This document shows, piece by piece, positions 16,959-24,457 of a stretch of DNA of 64,000 nucleotides (positions within the stretch are counted from its first letter, which is position 1; each line of letters begins with the position of its first letter). The DNA is taken from assembly GCA_031418595.1 (NCBI GenBank), contig JANOXU010000267.1, positions 1,848 through 65,847 on the forward strand. The letters are read 5' to 3'. The notes under the pieces are model-generated. The model had not been told where the DNA came from. It saw nothing but the letters and a program-made list of their open reading frames with translations, and did no database searches. The position numbers were made by a program, and so were the translations under genes. The DNA is from Burkholderiales bacterium (GTDB lineage Bacteria > Pseudomonadota > Gammaproteobacteria > Burkholderiales > Burkholderiaceae_C).

Positions 16959-19349
16959 ATGACCCGCCGCTTCGGCCTGTTCCCCAAGTACACGCTGCTC
17001 ATCATCGCCTTGGTGGGTTCGCTGCTGGTGGCCAGCGGCGCGGTGGGCCTGTACTTTTCGTACCACGAGAACCAAGACAGCCTGGTGGCCTTGCAGTTTG
17101 AAAAGGCCCAGGCCGCGGCCACGCGCATCGAGCAATATGTTTTGGACATCGAACAGCAGGTGAGCTGGACCGCGCTGCCCGGCATGGACGGCGGGGCCGA
17201 CCCGGCCGAACAGCGCCGCATCGATTACCTCAAGCTGCTGCGCCAGGCGCCGGCCATCACCGAAGCGGCCTGGATCGATGCCAAGGGCGTGGAACAACTG
17301 CGTGTGTCGCGCCTGGCCATGGATGCCGTGGGCCGCGGCACCGACTACTCTGCCGCCCCGATGTTCACTGTGCCCATGGCCGGCAAGGTGTTCCACAGCC
17401 CGGTGTCGTTTCGCAAAGAGACCGAGCCATACCTGACCGTGTCGCGCCGTGCCGGTCCAGGTGGGGGTGTGACGGCGGTCGACGTGAATTTGAAGTTCGT
17501 GTGGGATGTGGTGTCGCGCATCAAGATTGGTGATGCCGGCCTGGCTTATGTGGTGGACGACAAAGGCACGCTCATCGCCCACCCCGACATCAGCCTGGTG
17601 CTGCAAAAGAGTGACCTGTCCAAACTGCCACAGGTGGCCGTGGCCATCGGCGCGAAGGCGCAGCGCGCAGCGGGTGATGCTGCCATGGTGGAAAAGGCGC
17701 GCAATGCGCGCGGCGGGCGCGTCTTGGCCGCGCACGCCAGCATCCCCACGCTGGGCTGGACGGTGTTTGTCGAGTCGCCCCGCTCTGAAGCGTTCGCACC
17801 GTTGTACGAAACCCTGGCCCGCATGGCCCTGGTGCTGGCGCTGGGCCTGGGGCTGTCGGTGGTGGCCAGCTTCTTCTTGGCGCGCACGCTGGTGCGGCCG
17901 ATTCGCGCCATTCAAGACGGTGCTGAGCGTGTGGCGCAAGGCGATCTGGATCATCACATTGAAGTCAAGAGCCACGACGAGCTGCAAGTGTTGGCCGGTC
18001 AATTCAACCGCATGAGCAGCGAGCTGAAGGCTTCGTACACCGGCCTGGAACGCAAGGTCGATGCGCGCACGGCCGAGCTGCAAGAGGCGTTGGACTACCA
18101 AACCGCCAGCGGTGACGTGCTCAAGGTCATCAGCCAGTCTCCTGGCAGCGTCTTGCCCGTGTTCGAGGTGATCCTGGACAGCGCCAAACGCTTGTTCGGT
18201 GCGTCGATGGCAGCGGTGTTTCGTTACGAGGCGGGCAATGTGGCGATCGTGGCCACACGCAATTGGTCAGCACAGGCCATTGAAGACGCGAAGCGGCACT
18301 ATCCCGGGCCAGTGAACCCTGGCATGGTCACAGGCCGGGCGATCCTGACACGACAAGTGGTGAACCAGCCCGATGTGCGCAACGACCCCCACTACGACAA
18401 GGCCACCGCCGCGGCAGGCGGCTGGCGGCGCCTGCTGGCGGCGCCTTTGCTGCGCGAGGGCGAACCCATTGGCGTGATCACCGTTGCCTGGCACGAACCC
18501 GGCGACACGCCACCGCGCCAGCAGGCCTTGGTGCGCACCTTTGCCGACCAGGCCGTCATTGCCCTTGAAAACGCCCGCCTGTTCAACGACCTGCAAGACA
18601 AAACCCGCCAGCTCGAAGCCGCCAACCGCCACAAGAGCGAATTCCTGGCCAACATGAGCCACGAGTTGCGCACGCCGCTGAACGCCATCATCGGTTTTTC
18701 AGAAGCGCTCATCGAGAAGATGTTTGGCGACGTGAACGACAAGCAGATGGAATACCTGCAAGACATTCACTCCTCGGGCCACCACTTGCTCAGCCTGATC
18801 AACGACGTGCTCGACCTGAGCAAGATCGAGGCTGGGCGCATGGAGCTGGATCTGAGTTGTTTCGATCTGGGCCAGTTGCTGGAGCATTCCACCATGCTGG
18901 TGCGCGAACGTGCCCAGCGCCATGGCTTGGCATTAACCTTAGAGGTGAGCGACGACCTGGCCGAGTGGGTGGGCGACGCGCGCAAGATCAAGCAAGCGGT
19001 GGTGAACCTGCTCAGCAACGCGGTCAAGTTCACGCCCAACGGCGGGCGCGTCACGCTGCGCGCCCGGTTGCTCAACGAATGGCAGGGCCAGGGCGGCGCG
19101 TTTGCGCTGGTGTCGGTGCAAGACACCGGCGTGGGCATTGCACCGGGCGATCAGGAACTGGTGTTCGAGGAATTCCGCCAGGCCGGTGGCGACGTGCTGC
19201 GCAAGAGCGAAGGCACGGGGCTGGGCCTGGCGCTGGTGAAGCGCTTTGTGGAACTGCACGGCGGCAGCGTCACGCTGCAAAGCGCGCCGGGCGCCGGTTC
19301 CACCTTCAGCTTTGTGTTGCCGCAGCATGAATTGAAAGCCCTCCAATGA
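16959..19349 (+). CDS. Sensor histidine kinase: TM-periplasmic Cache-TM-HAMP-GAF-HisKA-HATPase
   Basis: Start MTRRFGLF at 16959; two hydrophobic helices; HAMP (DELQVLAGQFNRM); GAF (LAAPLLREGEPIGVI...FADQAVIALENARLF); H-box FLANMSHELRTP; N/G boxes NAVKFT, DTGVGI, GTGLGL. Confidence 0.92.
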   Translation: MTRRFGLFPKYTLLIIALVGSLLVASGAVGLYFSYHENQDSLVALQFEKAQAAATRIEQYVLDIEQQVSWTALPGMDGGADPAEQRRIDYLKLLRQAPAITEAAWIDAKGVEQLRVSRLAMDAVGRGTDYSAAPMFTVPMAGKVFHSPVSFRKETEPYLTVSRRAGPGGGVTAVDVNLKFVWDVVSRIKIGDAGLAYVVDDKGTLIAHPDISLVLQKSDLSKLPQVAVAIGAKAQRAAGDAAMVEKARNARGGRVLAAHASIPTLGWTVFVESPRSEAFAPLYETLARMALVLALGLGLSVVASFFLARTLVRPIRAIQDGAERVAQGDLDHHIEVKSHDELQVLAGQFNRMSSELKASYTGLERKVDARTAELQEALDYQTASGDVLKVISQSPGSVLPVFEVILDSAKRLFGASMAAVFRYEAGNVAIVATRNWSAQAIEDAKRHYPGPVNPGMVTGRAILTRQVVNQPDVRNDPHYDKATAAAGGWRRLLAAPLLREGEPIGVITVAWHEPGDTPPRQQALVRTFADQAVIALENARLFNDLQDKTRQLEAANRHKSEFLANMSHELRTPLNAIIGFSEALIEKMFGDVNDKQMEYLQDIHSSGHHLLSLINDVLDLSKIEAGRMELDLSCFDLGQLLEHSTMLVRERAQRHGLALTLEVSDDLAEWVGDARKIKQAVVNLLSNAVKFTPNGGRVTLRARLLNEWQGQGGAFALVSVQDTGVGIAPGDQELVFEEFRQAGGDVLRKSEGTGLGLALVKRFVELHGGSVTLQSAPGAGSTFSFVLPQHELKALQ

Positions 19350-19723
19350 GCCGCATCCTGATCGTTGAAGACAACGCCAAGAACATGAAGCTGGTGCGCG
19401 ATTTGCTGCAACACCGCGGCCATGAAACCCTGGAAGCCGAAGACGGTGAAACCGGGGTGGCGTTGGCCCTGGCGCAGCGGCCCGAGCTGATCCTGATGGA
19501 CATTCAGTTGCCCGACATCAGCGGCGTCACCGCGCTGGCGCGTATCCGCGAAGATGCCTCGCTCGACGCCGTGCCTTGTTTGGCCGTGTCAGCCTCGGTG
19601 ATGCCCGACGAGCAGCAACGTATCGTGGCCTCGGGCTTCGATGGCTTCATCGCCAAGCCAATTTCTTTGAAGACGTTCCTGGCGGCCGTGGACGCTGCAC
19701 TCAGCAACGGCCGCAAAGCATGA
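19346..19723 (+). CDS. Single-domain response regulator (DivK-like receiver)
   Basis: ILIVEDN, LILMDIQLP, GFDGFIAKP; ATGA overlap with the kinase. Confidence 0.93.
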   Translation: MSRILIVEDNAKNMKLVRDLLQHRGHETLEAEDGETGVALALAQRPELILMDIQLPDISGVTALARIREDASLDAVPCLAVSASVMPDEQQRIVASGFDGFIAKPISLKTFLAAVDAALSNGRKA

Positions 19724-20847
19724 CTGACGCAGCAGGTGGCCACATCCTCGTCGTTGACGACGTGGAAAAGAACGCCCGTCTGCTGGCCGATGTGCTCACT
19801 GCCAAAGGCTTTCGCACGCGCACCGCGCTGTCGGGCGAGGCTGCGCTGCAAGACGTGGCGGCGCACCCGCCCAGCCTGATCTTGCTCGACGTGATGATGC
19901 CGGGCATCAGCGGCTACGACGTCTGCCGCACGCTGCGCGCCGACCCGGCGCATGCCGTGTTGCCCATCGTGCTGGTCACGGCACTCGACCCGAGCACGGA
20001 GCGCGTGAAAGGCCTGGAGGCGGGTGCTGACGACTTCTTGAGCAAGCCGGTGAATCAAGCCGAACTGCTGGCGCGCGTGCGTTCGCTGTTGCGCATCAAG
20101 ACGCTGTATGACGAAGTGCAGCGCCAAAAGGCCGAGCTGCAGCAATGGAACCAGTCGCTCGAACAGCGTGTGGCCGATGGCGTGCGGCAACTCGAACAAG
20201 TGGGCCGCCTGAAGCGCTTTTTCTCACCGCAACTGGCCGACATGCTGGTGCAAGGCGGCGACGAACTGCTCAAGACGCACCGCCGCGAGATTTGCGTCGT
20301 GTTCATCGACTTGCGCGGCTTCACCACCTTCACCGAACGTGCTGAACCCGAAGAGGTGATGGAGTTGCTGCACAGCTACCACCAGGCCATGGGTCAGATC
20401 GTGGTGGCGCACAGCGGCACGCTGGAGCGTTTTGCCGGCGACTCGGTGATGGTGTTTTTCAACGACCCCGTGCCCATCGACAAGCCGGCCGAAGCCGCCG
20501 TGCGCATGGCCTTGCAAATGCAGCAGGCCTTCACGCCGTTGGCCCAGGCGTGGGCCAAGCGCGGCTTTGATTTGGCGCTGGGCTGCGGCATCGCCCAGGG
20601 CTACGCCACGCTGGGTGCGATTGGCTTCGAGGGCCGCTGGGACTATGCCGCCATCGGCAACGTCACCAACATGGCCGCGCGCTTGTGCGGCGAGGCCGGC
20701 GGCGGCCAGGTGCTGGTCGACCGCAAGGCCATGGCCCACATTGAAGACCTGGTGCATGCCGCGCCGGTGGGGCCGCTGGTGCTGAAGGGGTTGGCGCAAC
20801 CGGTGATGGCGTTTGCCGTGTCGGAACTGAAACCATCGAACTCATGA
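19720..20847 (+). CDS. Receiver domain fused to class III adenylate/guanylate cyclase
   Basis: Start MTDAAG at 19720; REC (LVVDD, LLDVMMP, FLSKP); cyclase VFIDLRGFT, RFAGD, IGNVTNMAARL. Confidence 0.92.
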   Translation: MTDAAGGHILVVDDVEKNARLLADVLTAKGFRTRTALSGEAALQDVAAHPPSLILLDVMMPGISGYDVCRTLRADPAHAVLPIVLVTALDPSTERVKGLEAGADDFLSKPVNQAELLARVRSLLRIKTLYDEVQRQKAELQQWNQSLEQRVADGVRQLEQVGRLKRFFSPQLADMLVQGGDELLKTHRREICVVFIDLRGFTTFTERAEPEEVMELLHSYHQAMGQIVVAHSGTLERFAGDSVMVFFNDPVPIDKPAEAAVRMALQMQQAFTPLAQAWAKRGFDLALGCGIAQGYATLGAIGFEGRWDYAAIGNVTNMAARLCGEAGGGQVLVDRKAMAHIEDLVHAAPVGPLVLKGLAQPVMAFAVSELKPSNS

Positions 20848-21890
20848 GAGACAGACTGCAGATGAACGACGAAAGTGCTGTGCGCGCAGGCGGGTCAGAG
20901 CGGGTCGCGGTGCAGCCCGATGTGCTGCGCCGCGGCCTGGCCTTTTGTGCGCTGGCCTGGCCTGCCTGGCCGGCTGGCGCGCAGCAGCCCGGGCGCATCT
21001 ATCGGCTGGGTTGGCTCAGCAGCACCGAACGCCAGGAGCCCTATGCCTTGGCCATGGTGCAGCGTTTGCGCGAGTTGGGCTTTGTCGAAGGCGGCAACCT
21101 GAGCATCGAATTCAGGCTGGTGCCGGCACGCGAAGACGCCTTTTTGCGCATGGCCGAGGAGCTGGGCCGGCTGAATTGCGACGCGCTCTTTGCGTCGGGC
21201 CATCAGATCGGTCTGAGCGCCGCGTTGCAAGGCACGCAGCGCATTCCCATCATCACCGTGGCCAACGACATCGACCCCGTGGCCGCCGGCTTTGTGGCCA
21301 GCCTGGCGCGGCCCGGCGGGCGCATCACGGGTGTTTCGCAACTCATGAGCGAGTTGCCGGGCAAGCGCCTGGAAGTGGTGCGCGAGCTGCTGCCGCGGGC
21401 GCGCCGCGTGGCCGTGTTGGCCGACGCGGTGACCAAGCCGCAGTTGCAGGTCACTCGCGCTGCCGCGGCCAAACTCGGCTTTGAACTCGTGGTGCATGAA
21501 TTCGATGCCCCGCCCTACGACCTGCCCGCTGCCTTTGGCCGTTTCAAGCGGGCGGGCGCTGAAGTGATGGTGTCGCTGGCATCGGCTTTCTTCGCGGTGC
21601 AGCGCAAGGCCATCGTTGCGCTGGCCACCCAACACCGCTTGCCGGGCATCTTCCCGAATGCAGTGTGGGCAGACGCGGGTGGTTTGATGTCGTACGGGCC
21701 GAACTTCTTGGTGTCATACCGGCGTGCCGCCGACATTCTGGCCAAGGTCTTCAACGGCGCCGACCCGGCCGTGCTGCCGATGGAGCAGCCCCAGGTCATC
21801 GAGACGGTGCTCAACCTTGGCGTGGCCAAGCGCATGGGTGTGGCCATTCCACAGGCCATCGCGCTGCGGGCGGATCGGGTGGTCGAGTGA
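20844..21890 (+). CDS. Orphan ABC-type substrate-binding protein (COG2984 family), copy 3 (start 20844 or 20862)
   Basis: RRGLAF leader; YRLGWL, DPVAAGFVASLARPGGRITG, KRLEVVRELLP, GGLMSYGP, ADRVVE end; ATGA overlap with the cyclase. Confidence 0.88.
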   Translation: MRDRLQMNDESAVRAGGSERVAVQPDVLRRGLAFCALAWPAWPAGAQQPGRIYRLGWLSSTERQEPYALAMVQRLRELGFVEGGNLSIEFRLVPAREDAFLRMAEELGRLNCDALFASGHQIGLSAALQGTQRIPIITVANDIDPVAAGFVASLARPGGRITGVSQLMSELPGKRLEVVRELLPRARRVAVLADAVTKPQLQVTRAAAAKLGFELVVHEFDAPPYDLPAAFGRFKRAGAEVMVSLASAFFAVQRKAIVALATQHRLPGIFPNAVWADAGGLMSYGPNFLVSYRRAADILAKVFNGADPAVLPMEQPQVIETVLNLGVAKRMGVAIPQAIALRADRVVE

Positions 21891-21990
21891 AGGCCGCCCG
21901 GGGCAATGGCGGGCCGTTGCGCGCGTGCTCGTCGGCGCTTGCCCTTGGGCGCCCGGCGCGGGCAAGTTCTTGACCTTGAAAGGCAGCGCG

Positions 21991-23139
21991 ATGAAATGTG
22001 TCCTGGCCGGCTCCCGGTTCTTCGGCGCCTCGGTGTTGCAGGCGCTGCATCGGGAGCCGGGCATTGAATTCGCCGGCGTGGTGGTGCCCGCGGCCGACGA
22101 CCGCCTGGCCCTGGCCGCGCACACCCTGGGCGTGCCGGTGCACGTGCTGGCCAACCCGAAGCTGGTGCCCGGCGGGGCGATGCCTGAGGGCACCGAGCTG
22201 ATCATCGCCGCACATACGCACGCGCGGGTGAGCAATGAAGCGCTGCAACGTTCCAGATTAGGCGGCGTGGGCTACCACCCTTCGCTGCTGCCGCGCCACC
22301 GCGGCATTGCAGCCGTGGAGTGGACGGTGCTGCAAGGTGACGCCATTGCCGGGGGCTCGGTCTACCACCTGGCTGATGGCTGGGACAAAGGCGCCATCGC
22401 GGCGCAGGAATGGTGCTTCGTGCTGCCCGGCGAAGGCGCGCGCGAACTGTGGGAACGTGCCCTGGCGCCGCTGGGCCTGAAGCTGCTGGCGCAGGTGGTG
22501 CAACACGCGCGCTTGCAGGGTGCGCTGCCGGCGCAGATGCAGGACGAACGCTTTGCCACCAAGGCACCGCTGATGCGCAAGGCCGTGCTGCTGACGGAAG
22601 ACGCGCCGGCCGCGACCACGGCGCTGGTCGTCACCATCATGGGGCCTGACCGGCCAGGCATCGTGAGCCAGCTTGCCAGCCTGGCGCAGCGCCATGGCGC
22701 CAACTGGGCGGCCAGCCGCATGTCCAACCTGGCGGGCGAATTCGCCGGCATGGTGCACCTCGACGTGCCGCGCGACCACGCCGCCGCGCTGGCCGCCGCG
22801 CTGCGTGCGCTGCAAGGGCCTGGCCTGCGGGTGCAGGTGGCGCAGGGTGCGGGCTCGGCCGCGCCGGCCGGGCAGCGTGGCGTGTCGCTGGAACTGGTGG
22901 GCGAAGACCGGGTGGGCATCGTCAGCACGCTGGCGCGCCTGCTGGCCGAACGCGGCGTCAGCATCGAGCACATCCACACTGAAATCATCAATCCGCATGG
23001 CAGTGCCGCCGCCGCTTTCAAGGTAGTGGCCCATCTGCTGGTGCCCGCGGCCATGAGCAACGATGCGTTGCGCGAAGACCTGCAAGGCCTGGCGCGAGCG
23101 ATGATGCTGGACATCGCCCTGGGCGAGCACCAGCCCTGA
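21991..23139 (+). CDS. Formyltransferase/10-formyl-THF hydrolase-like domain fused to two C-terminal GcvR-like ACT domains
   Basis: Start MKCVLAG at 21991; GYHPSLLPRHRG...DGWDKG; ACT1 VTIMGPDRPGIV...MSNLAGEFAG; ACT2 LELVGEDRVGIV. Confidence 0.8.
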   Translation: MKCVLAGSRFFGASVLQALHREPGIEFAGVVVPAADDRLALAAHTLGVPVHVLANPKLVPGGAMPEGTELIIAAHTHARVSNEALQRSRLGGVGYHPSLLPRHRGIAAVEWTVLQGDAIAGGSVYHLADGWDKGAIAAQEWCFVLPGEGARELWERALAPLGLKLLAQVVQHARLQGALPAQMQDERFATKAPLMRKAVLLTEDAPAATTALVVTIMGPDRPGIVSQLASLAQRHGANWAASRMSNLAGEFAGMVHLDVPRDHAAALAAALRALQGPGLRVQVAQGAGSAAPAGQRGVSLELVGEDRVGIVSTLARLLAERGVSIEHIHTEIINPHGSAAAAFKVVAHLLVPAAMSNDALREDLQGLARAMMLDIALGEHQP

Positions 23140-23173
23140 ACCACCCGCCCTGAACCACCCGCCCTGACACCCC
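23134..23173 (+). repeat. 14-bp tandem repeat CCCTGAACCACCCG x2 plus a degenerate third copy, spanning the stop codon
   Basis: Units 23134-23147 and 23148-23161, then CCCTGACACCCC. Confidence 0.85.
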
Positions 23174-23208
23174 GCAACCACCACGACGCAACGACCCGGG
23201 AGCCCGCC

Positions 23209-24075
23209 ATGACCAGTGCCTTTGACCGCAGCGCCGAAGACATCGGCAACATCGTTCACCTGGAGCATGTGAACCTCACCCAGCCAGACCAACGCCTGGC
23301 CACGCAGTTTTATGTGAGCGCATTGGGCCTGACACGCGACCCCTACATGCAGACCGGCACCGACAACATGTGGGTCAACGCCGGGCGCACGCAGTTCCAC
23401 CTGCCCAGCGGCGCGGCGCAGCGTTTGCGCGGTACGGTGAACGTCGTGATTCCCGGCCGCCAGGCGCTGCTGGAGCGCCTGCGCCGCCACAGCGCGGGTT
23501 TGAGCGGCACCTTGTTTCGCTTTGCCGAACATGCCGACCATGTTGAAGCCCAGTGCCCCTGGGGCAACCGCCTGCGCTGCTACGAGCCCGACCCGGCGCG
23601 CTTCGGCGGCGTGCAACTCGGCATTGCCAGCATCGAGTTCGACGTGCCGCACGCCTGCGCCGTGCCCATTGCCGCCTTCTACAGCCAGGTGTTCCGCGCC
23701 CGCGCCAAGCTCAGCGCCACGCCCAGCGGTGCGCCCAGCGCCTGGGTACAGGTGGGCGCGGGGCAGGCGCTGTGGTTCACTGAATCAGCCGCGGTGCCGG
23801 CGCACTATGACGGCCATCACATCCAGCTTTACGTGGCCGACTTTTCCGGCCCGCACCGGCGCCTGGCCGAGCTGGCGCTGGTGAGCGAAGAAAGCAACGC
23901 GCACCAGTACCGCTTCACCGACATCGTCGACCCACAAACGCGCGAGCTGTGCTTCAGGCTCGAACACGAAGTGCGCAGCCTCACGCACCCGATGCACGGC
24001 CGGCCCTTGGTCAACCGCAACCCGCAGCAAAGCGCGCGCCACTACGTGCGCGGTGGTGATGCATTCATGCCCTGA
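23209..24075 (+). CDS. VOC/glyoxalase-like (two-module) hypothetical protein
   Basis: LEHVNL..FYVSALGL, QFHLP, HHIQLY patterns typical of VOC folds; RBS GGAG. Confidence 0.6.
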   Translation: MTSAFDRSAEDIGNIVHLEHVNLTQPDQRLATQFYVSALGLTRDPYMQTGTDNMWVNAGRTQFHLPSGAAQRLRGTVNVVIPGRQALLERLRRHSAGLSGTLFRFAEHADHVEAQCPWGNRLRCYEPDPARFGGVQLGIASIEFDVPHACAVPIAAFYSQVFRARAKLSATPSGAPSAWVQVGAGQALWFTESAAVPAHYDGHHIQLYVADFSGPHRRLAELALVSEESNAHQYRFTDIVDPQTRELCFRLEHEVRSLTHPMHGRPLVNRNPQQSARHYVRGGDAFMP

Positions 24076-24457
24076 GCGGCTTGCCCTGTTCAGGCGTCTG
24101 TTTGACGGCGACGTGCAGCGGGCCAGCATTTCGTTTCGCAACGCGCGGCAGCAAAGTCACCTGCGCCGCAATGTCCACAGCCTGACGGATGCTCGCGCTG
24201 ACGCAGCGCCGAGGAATGAATCGCCAGCCACGGCGTCGTTGGCCACCGCCAGTGCTACCCCTAACATCGAAACGCACGGGACTGCGGCATTGGTGGCAAA
24301 GTAGACGGCCTGTTCTGAGCGGCACGGCGCGCGTGGCCGTAGCGAGCCATGCGCCGTTTGACCTGCGAGATTGATCAGCTGTCACACCATGGTCTGCATT
24401 GACGAAGGTCGGGCACGAATGGTCGCACTGCAGCACAGTGCCGGCCTGCATCTCAGC

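Noticed and set aside
16050-18101. 683-aa minus-strand ORF, and similar long antisense ORFs (e.g. 24467-25909, 28582-30147, 39040-40698, 22258-23652)
   Set aside because: They mirror well-supported genes on the opposite strand and carry no family motifs; long stop-free antisense frames are expected at this GC content.
24076-24457. 380-bp spacer upstream of the TIR gene as an ncRNA or att site
   Set aside because: No convincing long stem, riboswitch consensus or repeat shared with the right boundary near 33246-33270.
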